A stretch of DNA of 64,000 nt from the human T2T-CHM13v2.0 reference genome, Homo sapiens. Shown here piece by piece: positions 1 through 14,110 of this stretch. The notes under the pieces are model-generated. The model was not told the DNA's origin, ran no database searches, and saw nothing but the letters and a program-made list of their open reading frames with translations. Both the position numbers and the translations under genes were made by a program. Location of the stretch: assembly GCF_009914755.1 (NCBI RefSeq), contig NC_060925.1, one strand, 5' to 3'. Numbering within the stretch: the stretch's first letter is position 1; every line of letters begins with the position of its first letter.

Positions 1-635
1 GATTGAGTACACCGTAACTTTTCCCCAAGTTTCTTCAGACACAAAGGGTGCTACATAATCTCCTGTGATTAGATGGGCAATAGTTGTCTCTAATAGAACA
101 AGGAAAGGGGCTATTTATAAAAAGCCAGAAATATTCATCACATTGAACATCTGTGGCTGTGTACTAGGCTCTGCAATGGATAGCAAGGTAGATAAAATAC
201 ATCCCCTAACTAAGATGTCCTGTAGGTCACAAATATACACATTCTACAACATAAAGCTTCTAATCACCCATAATGGAAGCATAAGCAGTAGGTCACAGAA
301 TATTAAGGAAAGACAAAACCCTCAACCCTCACCTTGGAAATACAAAGAAGGGAGATATGAAAGAGAAGGTAGAATTTAACAGCTATCTAATGAATGCTGC
401 TGAATTTAATTAGATGGAGCTGGAAAGCCTTTTCCAGCAGGGCAAGCACCTTAATTTTTATGGCATTTATTAGGTACATCTTGAGCTACTGCATAAATTT
501 TTAACTGATACACAGTAGTTAATGGAATTTATCAAAATTTTTATTGCAATGAAGCCATATTTAGTCTGTCTTCTTGGTATGGTATATAGTACTTCCAAGT
601 ACAAATCTATCTCTTTTTTTCAGATAAAGATGGCA

Positions 636-972
<337 letters not shown>

Positions 973-1049
973 CTATATTAACATACCTGGCATTATCTTA
1001 ATTTAAATACGTTCCTAGGAATTTACTGGAAATAATTTTTGTTTTCCAG

Positions 1050-1360
1050 GCCCTGGTATGCGTCCACCACTAGGCTTAAGAGAATTTGCACCAGGCGTTC
1101 CACCAGGAAGACGGGACCTGCCTCTCCACCCTCGGGGATTTTTACCTGGACACGCACCATTTAGACCTTTAGGTTCACTTGGCCCAAGAGAGTACTTTAT
1201 TCCTGGTACCCGATTACCACCCCCAACCCATGGTCCCCAGGAATACCCACCACCACCTGCTGTAAGAGACTTACTGCCGTCAGGCTCTAGAGATGAGCCT
1301 CCACCTGCCTCTCAGAGCACTAGCCAGGACTGTTCACAGGCTTTAAAACAGAGCCCATAA
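1050..1360 (+). CDS. MIA3: MIA3/TANGO1 terminal coding exon (C-terminal proline-rich domain that binds COPII SEC23/SEC16)
   Basis: Acceptor TTTTGTTTTCCAG ends at 1049; reads (G)[23 protein letters not shown]...[10 protein letters not shown] which matches the TANGO1 C-terminus as I recall it; TAA at 1358-1360. Confidence 0.97.
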
Positions 1361-3755
1361 AACTATGACCTCTGAGGTTTCATTGGAAAGAAAGTGTACT
1401 GTGCATTATCCATTACAGTAAAGGATTTCATTGGCTTCAAAATCCAAAAGTTTATTTTAAAAGGTTTGTTGTTAGAACTAAGCTGCCTTGGCAGTGTGCA
1501 TTTTTGAGCCAAACAATTCAAAAATGTCATTTCTTCCCTAAATAAAAATCACCTTTTAAGCTAGAGCGTCCTTACAACTTTGAAATGTGCAATAAAGAAT
1601 ACCTGTGTTTTAGCTAATGTAGCATATGTAATTGCAAAATGATTTAGAATGTCATGAAAAATATGAACATTTCCTGTGGAAATGCTTTAAGAACATGTAT
1701 TTCCATTATCCTATTTTTAGTGTACACCAGCTGAATACGGAGCAATGGTGTTTATAAGCGTTTTTTTAAACTATCTGGTCACAAAGACTGTTACGCTAAA
1801 AATGTTTACTAAAAGATCACTAAACTATCTCCCCTCTTGCTGAAGTTCTTTGTAGTAATAGCTCATAAAAATTTGTTTATTAATATTTCCCAAGTGTCTG
1901 TTGACTCATTGGACTGTTATGAGGCTTGTGCCATTTGGGGAACATGTAAACTCAGGCTCCCAGAACTGAAGATGGTGGCTGGTGGCACACTTCCGGCTGC
2001 TCCTCCGTCACCTGTGAACTCTACAAGTGACGTCTTTTTATTTCAAAGAAGTTTATTTCCCACTTGTATAGCATTCACATGCTTTCTTTACGATCCTCAT
2101 TGTCTATTTGAGAATGGTTTTCTGAGAGTGAGTTTACATTAGTAGCAAGAGTTGTTTGACCTGATGTTCCATTGTTTTTACCATTCCTGTAGAAAAAGGG
2201 TGCACAACAGAAAAATGAAAATGATGTGTCATGGCCGTAAAAGTATAGAAATCTTTAAAAATTTTAAAATGTACAGTCCCTTATCTATCTTTCCCATTCC
2301 TTGCCACTGATTTTTGAGGAATATAATAAAAAGATTGGAAGAGTATAATGCCATGAGAAAGAATGATTTAGGACTGTGAGGGTTATAACATGCCCTAGGT
2401 CAGCAACCAAGGGTTGAAATCAGTTCTGTTTTAGGGGGAAATGGGGGGGGCGACAGATATTATTCCAAAATTAATATTAATTAATATTTAAACGTTGGTG
2501 TTTTTATTTAAAAATCAGTAACTAACCATCTGGAATTGCACCATACTTAAAGTCTTATCCATTACTACACTGTCTTTAAAACAATGTTTCTTTAAATACT
2601 CTACAACGTTTCTAAGAACGAACTTCAGACATTTTAATTACAGTAATAATAGCACTCCTTTTAAGGAGTTTCAGATCCACACTAAAACTAAAATCATAAA
2701 AGGCTGATACTTTTGTTTGCTGCTAGGCTATATTCTTCCATTCTTTGAAGTCCTATGATGTAATATTTTTGAAACCTAGTGTATGTCTTGTCACTGTTGT
2801 GATATTTAATCGATTAAGAATACCTTGTAAAAAGGAGCAAAAGCTTCAATGTGAAACAATTTTCTCTCTTTATACTAAACAACTGAAGATAGATAGTTTA
2901 GAAAGATAAGGACCTTTGAAAGAAGACAACTCTGTCAAAGTTCATAAGGAATATAAAAATTCTTCAGGAAAAGAGAATTCAATCTATATGTCCTCCCGTT
3001 TAATATCAAGAATAGAAGAAATTAAGAGGAAAACTCCACAGAAGAGCATAGGCCACTTTTAGCCATGTAAAAATAAGATTAAGTCACAAATACAACTTTT
3101 GAATTTACCTGTCAATATCTCTTTAGGACACAAAACAATGCTGAAGTTAATATAATTTCTAATTTTAAATGTCATTTAAGTGTAGATTATGCCATCTAGG
3201 AAGGTAAGTAGGAAAGGTAAATTAAATCTATTTTTAAAATTCAAAATATTAGAGTATTTTTCCCCTCTAAAGCCTTTTTTGGTGATTATTCTGTATCTGA
3301 CATAATTGAGAAACTGGTAAGCTGTAAAGATTCCAGTGTAGCTTCTCTGAGAAGTTGTGAGCCAGTCCATAACTGCTTCCTCACATCCATCTGATTGCAC
3401 CATTTCTGCAGCAAACCCCAAAGCAGGGTGCCAATATGCAGATGGCATAGGGAGTATCATCCCTCAGCCAAATCACTTTTCCATCTCTAAAGTTTCATCT
3501 ATTTTGGAAGTCATCTCCAACTAATTGTGTCTGGATTTAGTTGCTAAAATTGTCTTATTTATGAAGCAGCAATATTCAGCCTGAAAGCATTTCTGCCATA
3601 GTTGTTGTAGTTATATCGCCAATGGCTGATTTTTTTCATTGGAAAGTAAATTTAAGTAATTCGTGGGATGTGGTATATTCTGTGTCAACTTCAAGATAAT
3701 CACTCATTTTCTCGTTATATTCAGGTCTGAATTAAAGTTAAGTTAATCACACAGT
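1361..3755 (+). other. MIA3: MIA3 3'UTR (longest form; end approximate)
   Basis: Repeat-free AT-rich stretch after the stop; AATAAA at 1541, 1591 and 2325, ATTAAA at 3731. Confidence 0.75.
3731..3736 (+). terminator. MIA3: Distal poly(A) signal ATTAAA of MIA3
   Basis: ATTAAA followed by CA dinucleotides about 12-17 nt later and a GT/T-rich downstream sequence. Confidence 0.65.
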
Positions 3756-5636
3756 GTTCAATTTAAGCTTCTTTAATGTTGATGAAAGGTATTTGTAGTT
3801 CATATAAACTATACTTATGTGAAGGATAGCAGATGCTTCATATAAATTATCATTTTGATATACATATCTTATGGTTTATGAGAAAAGAGAAAAAATAATA
3901 CATCGGTTTTGCTACACTTTAATGGGTTTTTTTTTTAAGGGATTTTTTTTCAGGTCTTGTCAGCAACATCAAACAAAAGGTACTGAGTACTCCACAGGGT
4001 ACAGAGTGCTGCCAAACACCTTAGAAAAATTACATGACACGGAGAAAATGCGCCTCTTGCTCCTTGAAGAGCTTACAGTCTAGGGATTTGACAACTCACA
4101 GTCTTAGGAACTGGGCAAAGTAAGGCAAATTCTTCATCCCCTAGAGCTATTGTGGACTGAATCATTTTAGAATTTGGAATTAATCCAATCAAGATGAGAG
4201 ACAAGACTAAATTTGGCTGAGAATTCATTCAGGCTCGCATAGTTTTTATTAACATCCGTCTAGTAAACAGAATGGACCTAACAGACAACTGAAAGTAAAG
4301 ACTAGATCTCTTGAAGTGCAAGGGCTACAACAACTTAATTGTGGTTACTTATTTTAAAAAGCAAACATACTGAATGGTATGACTAGGGTGATTACACTAG
4401 TTTAAAAATAGGCCAGGTACTGACACTGCATTCCCCTCATGCATTGCTCATTTAAAATAGTGAATATTAAAATATGTGGGCTTTACATCTAACCCACAGA
4501 AAGCCCACCGCAAATGTTCTGTGTATCAAATATCCACCTCATGTGTACTATGAAAGTTTTATTTATGCCCCATTAAGTCAAAAGTAAATTATAGTAAGCT
4601 AATGACCTGCATATTTTCATATGGATGAATGTCAGTATATCTAAATAGGAAATAAATGGCGATCCTATCTACCTATATAAAAAAAATAGAATATCTTTCC
4701 AGATTTTGCATACTCCTCACTGTAAGAAGAGGTATGCAGGTTTTAAGGTTTCACAATCAGTTGTCAGAAAAACAGCAGTTATGCCTGCAGTATCTCGTTA
4801 GCATCTGACTCAATTATTTTTAGATTACATTGTTTAGAAGACATTGTAAACCCATCTAAAACTTTGTAATTATTTTGAGATGGTTCCAATGTTAACCCTA
4901 GAATCATCATCAGAAAGAGTAACAATGTGATGTAGAAGAACAGCTAATCGACATGACTAAAAATATGCTCATTTTCAGAAAAACAATCTGGTCATCTGGA
5001 AACAATCACAGCTACAACCTAGGGAACACTCCCATGTGGGATACTGATCTGGCCAAGGCACACTTTCTAAGCAGGAAAACTATCAGATCAGGGTGAATTT
5101 AGGCCACTTCAGAGGTGCTGCCTATAAACATCCAGACAGACCTTCTTAGGCAGCAGAACTGGTCCCATTCCTCTCAAAGCAGTTTGACACTACCCTACCC
5201 ACATCAACCCAAAGCTTGACGTTAAGTCAAAAGAGCATATTGGAGCAAAAGTGAACAGATGTGTAAACTCTAGCACATTCTTATTGCTGTATTAAGTCTG
5301 AAGATGAGCACATCCTACCCACAACAGTATTGTTCCAGGAAGCAGGGTAGGAGTAGTGGTAAATTAGAAAATAGACTATTAATTGCACAATTAATAGAAA
5401 AGTAAAAACATGTTTCAAAATCTACAATAAACCTGTATCCCAAGGAGTCCTATACGTCAGTGTGATGTGCTGGACTCTGAATTCTGTGGTACAGCTTTGC
5501 ATTGGACTCCGTCCGGCCTACTGGTCTGGGTACGGCTTGCTTCCTGCCTGTTGAAGGGTGAATATGCTACACAGAGCTATGATGGTTTCTACTGAGTGGT
5601 AAAATTCACAGAAGTTCCAGGTTCATCATGTCAGGA
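3755..5636 (-). other. AIDA: AIDA 3'UTR (about 1.9 kb, end approximate)
   Basis: Lies between the AIDA TGA (5637-5639) and the distal minus-strand ATTAAA. Confidence 0.75.
3772..3777 (-). terminator. AIDA: Distal poly(A) signal ATTAAA of AIDA
   Basis: TTTAAT on + = ATTAAA on -; minus-strand CA at about 3756-3755; proximal minus-strand AATAAA at 4245-4250 and 4558-4563. Confidence 0.65.
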
Positions 5637-5733
5637 TCATTCCTTGTGCAAAGTTTGATGTAGATGAAGATAAAGTGGTTTCTTGGTCAATAATTGCAAT
5701 TTCTTTCTTTTAAAGTCAGTGGGTTTCTTGTAT
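5637..5733 (-). CDS. AIDA: AIDA exon 10 (last coding exon)
   Basis: TTACAG acceptor; (L)YKKPTDFKRKKLQLLTKKPLYLHLHQTLHKE*; 97 nt, closes the 921-nt ORF. Confidence 0.97.
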
Positions 5734-5876
5734 CTGTAATCACAACAGAAAGACCATTGTTTAAAATACATTGATAACTGAACTCTTCAAGGTTAAATAC
5801 TGGATATGGGGGATTCAGAAGAAAGATATACTAGTCACCATCAAATTAGTACTAATTCTATATGCACATCACTTAC

Positions 5877-5994
5877 AGTTCTATTACAATTGGCCCAGGT
5901 TTAATTTCATCCATCTCCATGAAAGCAAAACACTTGGTGCTGGTAAACCTTTTTTTAGGCTTGTAGTGTTTGAATTCAAAGAAGATAGCTGCAC
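5877..5994 (-). CDS. AIDA: AIDA exon 9 (C2 domain)
   Basis: CCTTAG acceptor and GTAAGT donor; (G)AAIFFEFKHYKPKKRFTSTKCFAFMEMDEIKPGPIVIE(L); 118 nt. Confidence 0.97.
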
Positions 5995-6680
5995 CTAAGG
6001 AATTAAAACAAGCCACATAAACCACAGATAGCACATTTCTTGTGTGTCAATTAATTTTCTTTGATCACCAGAAGCATATGAACAGCTACAGCTGGCATAA
6101 TTTGACAAAACAACTTGTGCCAGTCTCAATGATTTGACAGTAACTTACTATGGTTGTCACCCCGAACTCTTCTGTATCTGAGTAGAGTGACATTTCTCCT
6201 TATCATCCAATTCTACAAACTATAGCAAAACTTCTTGAGCTAGACTGCCTCAAGAATGTATAACAGTTATGTACACAGGTAGAATCATAAGCTGCTATAA
6301 AATATGAAATGCCACAGAAGAACAGAGAAGATACTTCAATACACATAGAGACTCATTAGGTAGAAAATGCATTTAAAAGAGTTCCTAAAAAAATTTAAGC
6401 TCGAATTGTTTCCCTTACCCCAAAACAAAAACTCAAAAATTCAATCTTGGGGGTATTTTGGAATTCAAACAACATAAATCACATGCTGGCTCAGCTGGAA
6501 AATGTTATCTGTTTCCTTAACACCTTTTTCAGTATTCAAAGCACTGCTGTGATGTTTTTCCTGGAATTGCATGTTTGTGTCAAGACAGTGCTGTAGAAGA
6601 CAAAGGTTCAAAGAGCAAATCTATTTATTCTGCCACTCTCCTCCAATGAGCAAGTGATAATGAGAAATTTAGACAGTTCT

Positions 6681-6988
6681 GGCCGGGTGCGGTGGCTCAT
6701 GCCTGTAATCCCAGCACTTTGGGAGGCAGAGATGGGCAGATCACTTGAGCCCAGGAGTTTGAGACCAGCCTGGGCAACAAGGGGGTGGTAAGACCCCACC
6801 TCTACAAAAAAAATTTTAAAAATAGCCAGGCTCGGTGGCACGTGCCTGTACTCCCAGCTACTCGGGAGGCTGAGTTGGAAGGACTGCCTGAGCCCAGGGA
6901 GATTGAGGCTGCAGTGAGCCATGATCATGCCACTGTGCCCCAGCCTGTGTGACAAAGTGAGACTCTGTCTCAAAAAAAGAAAAAAATA
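6681..6988 (+). mobile_element. Alu (AluJ-like)
   Basis: Full dimer; TSD AGAAATTTAGACAGTTCT/AGAAATTTAGACGGTCCT. Confidence 0.95.
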
Positions 6989-8173
6989 AGAAATTTAGAC
7001 GGTCCTATGTCCCCAAAGTCCAACAGATAAACTCTTCCCCCAATCCTGCAGAAAAAAGCTAAAAATGGAGAAATAAGTTGCCTCATCAATGTGGCCAACA
7101 AAAATGAATTTCTAAAGAAGGCATGGAAAGTGAAGGAAGTCAGTGTCTCACTCTTCACCAGCTACTTCTAAATACTGCCTTAACCAGAGCAGTCCAGGAG
7201 CTTGGCTTGCAAAGACAACATACATTTAATACTGCCGCTGACGACAAAACTCACAAGTCACTAGAAGTTTAGCAATGTTCAGAAATGTGTGTACAGCATT
7301 GGCACTTGGGTCCAAATGGACCACATCACATGGCAAGGGAGGAAAAAAAAACCAATTGCTCAGGAGACAATGGGATGTGGGTGAGGGAGAGATGGGCATA
7401 TTTGGCCATCCACTCCCAACACGCTCGAAAGGATTACAATAGTTAGGTTACTGGTAACATCTCTTCCCTAGGTGTGTGACCTTGTCATTTCCACAAATGG
7501 TGGCTTCTCTTCTCCCTCCCACAGCACTCAGAGGCATTTTGTCATTAGAAAACCAAAGATTTTAAAGACAGCAGAGTCTTTTCTGCTAGGAAACCCATCT
7601 CCTCCTCATGATCGTGTCTTGAGGTCTGAATAAATGTGAATGATAAAGTCACGTTTCAAAACAATACTAAAGTTCAAATATGTTACCATCATTTTGAGGA
7701 AGTTAAACAAATTATTAATCTGTATCACCTGTAAATAATATATTTCCTGCATCCTTCATCATGCTTTTTATAAGAAAGAACAAAATGTGAAACAGGAATA
7801 TCCTGGGAAGATCAAGTTAAAATGTTTGTAAACATGAAAGTATGGTCATTAACACTAATATCAGTTAAAACTACAGTAACAGTAAACAGTAAGTTTGAAG
7901 CTGGAAAAAATTAATAGAGTCAAATTTTGAATCTAGTTCTACTTTTATTATCTAGTGAGTCGAGCCATTAAGAAAGAACACAGTGTAATAAAATAGAAAA
8001 GTTAGCCCATGAAACACTCCACCTTCTCCCGTCCACATCACAAACATTTCCTAAGGCAATGGAGTTAAAGAAATGAAACAAATCAATAGTTTTGTTCAGA
8101 AGACATACTTTGTAACTGAAATTTCTTCAACGTTATTTATTAAGCACCTCCTACATACATAGTCTTCTAACAC

Positions 8174-8338
8174 AGTGACTCTGGAGCTTTGGTGTATGTC
8201 AGAATCACCTAGAGGGCTTCCTAAAACAGACTGCTAGGCCCATCCCCATGGTTTCGGATTCAGGATGTCTGGGGTGGCCACCTAAGAAGGCTCCAGGTGC
8301 TGCTCCTGTTCCAGGAATCATACTCTGAGAACCACTGT
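8174..8338. mobile_element. MER5A-like hAT-Charlie MITE
   Basis: CAGTG...CAGAATCACCT...GATTCAG...TCTGGGGTGG...TGAGAACCACTG, typical MER5 motifs and terminal inverted repeats. Confidence 0.7.
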
Positions 8339-9056
8339 TCTAACAGAAGCACTGAAAGGTCTTTTAGTGGGGGAACAGAGGAGGCAGCAGCACCAGACTT
8401 GAGAAGTGAAATATCGAATATTTCAGACGCCGAGGCAATCACTTCAAAAGGGACTTGAATATCCTACAGAGCTTGAACATTTCAGAAACTGCAACTGAAC
8501 CCTCAGGTGATAAAGGGATTCTGAAGTCACCTTTTTGGAGAACACTCAAATTTCCACTGGGCGAAAAGCATGGGGAAGTATTTAATACTAAGAATCATAC
8601 TTGGAAATGTAGCCTCACTATTTCAAAAATTTGCTTTTGTCCTTTCCTATTTCCTAACAATTAACTGCAAGTTAAGTTATCGTTCTACCAAACTAGAAAT
8701 ACTGGGAGAAAACCCTGGTTCTTAATTTGAAGATGAAAACTGAATCATCAGGGAACCTTCACGCACTCCTGCTTCTCCCAGCCCTTTAGTGTGTGAAAAA
8801 CTTTGTTTTGTTGGTAAAGACAATAAAATTTTATTATCAAAGATTGTTTTACTATATAACAGTGCTATTAGACAAGTAGATAACACAATTCCTAATTTCT
8901 ACATTTTAAAAATATGTATATTTATTCAAATCAATAAACACTATGTTACATTTACTTCTGCCAGATACTAACTATGCTAGGTCCACCATATGTACAAACA
9001 CAAATAAGATGAGAATTCTGTCCATAAGAAGCCAAGTATTATTTAGGATTACAAAC

Positions 9057-9179
9057 CTTTGGTTAATTTTTCAACATGCTTCTGGAGCTCAATGTCCACA
9101 TTAAAATGAACATATGTATCTTCTTTTCTTGAAGCCACAGGAGTATCTTGCACAGGAGTTAAGTCTATGCCATTCAGAT
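9057..9179 (-). CDS. AIDA: AIDA exon 8
   Basis: TCTCTTTAG acceptor and GTTTGT donor; DLNGIDLTPVQDTPVASRKEDTYVHFNVDIELQKHVEKLTK(G); 123 nt. Confidence 0.97.
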
Positions 9180-9238
9180 CTAAAGAGAAAAGAAGTTTCT
9201 CTTTAGGAACATTCAAATATACAGACTTAAAAACTGCA

Positions 9239-9882
<644 letters not shown>

Positions 9883-11839
9883 TCATAAGGATGCTTGCAG
9901 AAAGGTAAGAGGAAATTCTTGGGCTAACAGAAATTCCCATTTGGTGTGAGCAGGTACCTGAAGAGTTGCAGGTGACCACAGAGGCATGTGGAGGGGGCTG
10001 AGTGAGGGGATGGGAGATTTCGCGGTGGGAAGGAGGAAACCTGTCTCAATCAGGTACAAAAGAAAGCTTGTAGAACACAAAATTTCATCTTTATAGGGAA
10101 GAAGTGAAAAGAACTTTTTGTTTTCCTTAGGAGATAGGCCACTATATTTTTGTCTGCAATAAAAACTTAGAATGTAAATAATATGCCTCAATGGGACCTT
10201 ACCCCTAATTTCCAAACTTGATCAAGTGTATGGTTTGGAAAGACCTTTAAATCTAACATTATCAGAATCCCCCTGCTGTATTCAAGTCAAAGGACCAAAA
10301 ATGGACATGAAAATTGCCAATGAAACCCTTCCATCAATGAATACGTTTTTACAAATATTATCTAAATTCTCATTATATTTGTTGTAACAACCTGTTTTAT
10401 ACCAACTAGAAAGAACACTAAGTTATTGTGTATGGTTTTAATTTCCTGGACCCAGGAATCTTCCAGTTTAATCAAATTCAACATGGACTCATTTAATGAC
10501 TACTCAAGTGTTTATGTATTATTCAACAGATTTGTCTTAGAGAACTTAAAACAATATAGTACATTGATTGTTTCAGTTCTTAAAGATATTTACAAAAACA
10601 TGTTTTAGTTCAACATGTATGCAAAGGTAACTTAACAGTTACTACACTATCATTAAACATCTTTTTGTTTTGGTGTACATTCCTGCATGAGTTACGCAGT
10701 TCTGTAAATGACCTATCAAACTATAATGTAGAGTATATATACTTTCCAGTAGGCCATATATTTGATACCTGATAACATCAGAAGTTAAAGTTTCACAGCA
10801 TTAATGCTGTGGATCACGGTCTCCAAATAATCCCTCTCTGTGGCAGAATTCCTTTTTATTTTAATTGGTACTAATGAACTTTTGAATCTGAATTTATTTC
10901 TATGACTGACAAAAGTTCTCTTCATTTGATTTCAGCCCCTATCTGTTTCTCTGACTTGCCTCAAATTACAGATTAAAGTAAACCACTTGGATTAGCTGTG
11001 CAGTTGTTTCTGGATAGGAGTATGACAACTTCATTCTCAATCACCCAATAATTATTTTTAAAAGACTGTTAACTACTTCATAAATAAAGTACTGTATAAA
11101 ATGTTTGGCAACAATAAAAGAATTCAACCAATGTGGTTTCCCTTTGAAAGACTGAAAATGTTGTTTTTAAGGAATAAATGAACTGCCACACTGGATAGGA
11201 GAAAAAAACCAAATCCTAAGAATAATCATGCTTCCTAACCACAGTAACATAGTTAAGGATAAGAAATACTTCACTTGTTGAATGCTCCATAGGATTACAT
11301 TCAGAGCATGCATACTATGGATCTATCCTTGCTTCCTGTCCTCACTGATGATTCACTTAAGGCCTGATTCTCATCCACCTTTGTAGGACTCTCCAATGTA
11401 GACCTCTCTCTTGGACAGGAAGGAGAAGGCCTAATGCAGGAGGAATCGGGAAACAGAACACTGGGCTTTGCAAACAAACCTACACATCTTTGGAAGGTGA
11501 GGGACATTCTGTTAACCTGTATCCTAAAGGATGTATCTGCTGTTAAAGATGTGTAGCCAGCACCCCAGATGGGATGTTAAGAATAAAAAGATACACACAA
11601 AGAAAAACTCAAAAGCAAAACAATGTAAGTTATAAATAAGAAAATAAGTAAATCTCTCAGAAGTGTTCTGTGAAGAAGTGATGACCTCTTCCAGGGACTT
11701 TGCCTCATGATAGAATGAACTAAAATGAGTTGTCACATACATAAGACTCCCCGCCCCACCACCAAAATAAAACTGTCCCAAATGAGAAGCAACATTATAA
11801 AATTCACCTGAGAAAAAAAAAGTAAACAGAGTCACTTAC

Positions 11840-11962
11840 CCTTTACACTAACTGTAATATAGGGATCGATGCACTGCCCAGCATCTTTCAAACCAATTTT
11901 CTCAATTCTGATAGTGAGTAATGTCATTCCTGGTTCCGATGGCAACCTTGGTAATAAAGTAC
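11840..11962 (-). CDS. AIDA: AIDA exon 7
   Basis: TTGCCAG acceptor and GTAAGT donor; GTLLPRLPSEPGMTLLTIRIEKIGLKDAGQCIDPYITVSVK; 123 nt. Confidence 0.97.
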
Positions 11963-12364
11963 CTGGCAACAGAGAAAAAGCAATAAAAGCTCCATATCAT
12001 TTCACAGTAAACATTTTAATGAACACAGAGAAGATACAGCCTTGCTTGTAACTGACTTAGTAACTAGCCAGGCATTATTTTGGTTCCCGAAACTCCCAAA
12101 CGCTTGGCATTATTTTTCCAAATGTTTAATTATATGTAAGAGAAATCTGCACTTCCATGTCTCATAGTCACCACTAAAGCAGAAATTATTCAAGTCTGGC
12201 AGAAATTTAAGTCACTCCAGGAAGCCCAATTATAAATTACCACATAATTAATAATAAACTCACATACATACACTTTGTATATGCTCATTTATATAATATA
12301 CTTCTCATCTCAATATGAAGTGGTAGAAGAAAAAACTTTAAAAATATTTGTTATATTATCCTAA

Positions 12365-12553
<189 letters not shown>

Positions 12554-12689
12554 TAGTTACTATTGATATAGGAAATAATTTACAACTTAATAATTGTGTA
12601 TTTAATGGAATAATTTTACAGTCTAATTTCCCATTCTTTTCCTTATGAACACTGAAGCAAAAAAACCACAAAAAAAAACAAAAAAAAAA

Positions 12690-13942
12690 AAACCCATCCG
12701 TTGAAATTGCAATGAAGTTTAGATCAATTTTAGAAAGAACCACATCTTTAGAAATTGCTTCTTCCAATCCATCAACTGATATCTCTCAACTTTTTAAAGA
12801 CTTCTTAATTTTCTCAATAGAATTTTTTTCTTTTCTTCACAAAAGTCTTATACTTCTTTTGTTGGGTTTATTATAAGATACTTGATATTTTCTGATACTA
12901 TTATAGACGTTATAATATTTCATTTTCTGAGCACTTATTGCTTATTTAAAGAGAGAGGATCGATTTTTTAATAATACCTCTGCTGGCAGGAAGAACTGAT
13001 TTTTATGTACAGATTTTATACTCAGGAACCCTACTCTCTTATTAATACTAATGACTTATCCATAGGTTCTCTTTCATGTTCTAAATACATATTCATAACA
13101 TCTGCAAATAAAGGGACAGGTTTCCCCCCCTCTAATTTTTATATTTTATTTCTTTTTCTTATACTAGTACACTGGCCAGAACTTCTAAAGCACTGTTGAG
13201 GAAAATAGTTAACAGGAGGCACCCTTGTTTTGTTCCTGATCTGAAAAGGAAAGCTTTCCATTTTATCATTAAATATGACTGAGGCGCTAAATGTCATTAC
13301 AGCTACCTTTTATCAGATTAAGAATGTTCTGTTCTTGGTCTGCTAAGAAAGTTTTAAAATCATGAAAGAAATTAGAATGTAATTGAAAAATTTTTCTGCA
13401 TCTCTTGAGATCATGAGATTCTTCTCCTTAATCTGCTAATGTGAATTACCTTGATATATGTATCTTGCTGATTTAACAATATATTCTGAAAAAAAAAATC
13501 ACTCAATAGTTCATGGAGATTTTCCTAATTATTTTCTGTAATAGTCCATGTATTGGCTATTTATTCAGCCAATCTTCGTATGGCAGTTAGGTTGTTTCTA
13601 ATATATTACTATTACCAAAAACACCTCAATAGAGAACCTGGTGTATATGTAAGTATTTAAAAAAAAATTTTTTACACATTATTGGAGGTGTATCTTCAGA
13701 GTAAATTCCTAGGAACAGGATTGCTAAACTAAGAAAAATTGTATATTTTTGTTGTTGCTGAGCTATTGCTGAACTCTCCTTTAAAGGGACTATTACCACT
13801 TTCTATTCCCACCAGTGATAAATGAGCCCATTTCCCTGTTGTCTCAGCAACAGGGAACTGCCATATAAGGCATCTGCATGTCTTTTATCATATGTAAAGT
13901 TGAGTATCTTCTAATACATTTAAGAGCTATTTGTATATCTTG

Positions 13943-13981
<39 letters not shown>

Positions 13982-14110
13982 ATCTGTTCATGTCTTTTGC
14001 CCAATTTTCTAATGTGTTTGGGGTCTTTGTTGTCACAACTTAAAATTTTCTTTATATATTAAGAATATTAGTCGTTTGTCATTTTGATTTTGATTATGGT
14101 GTTTTCTGAC
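12690..14110 (-). mobile_element. Old LINE-1 (L1M) fragments
   Basis: Antisense L1 motifs e.g. CACCCTTGTTTTGTTCCTGATCT...GGAAAGCTTTC and GTAAATTCCTAGGAACAGGATTGCT; heavily decayed. Confidence 0.6.
13945..13978. repeat. (GT)17 microsatellite
   Basis: Perfect GT dinucleotide run. Confidence 0.97.

Noticed and set aside
2469-2488. AT-only palindromes AATTAATATTAATT / AATATTAATTAATATT in the MIA3 3'UTR
   Set aside because: Low-complexity and expected by chance or slippage in AT-rich DNA
11301-11530. Minus-strand 68-aa ORF with nearby AG acceptors, as an alternative AIDA exon
   Set aside because: All three candidate acceptors hit a stop quickly in the incoming phase, there is no convincing donor, and no recognisable homology
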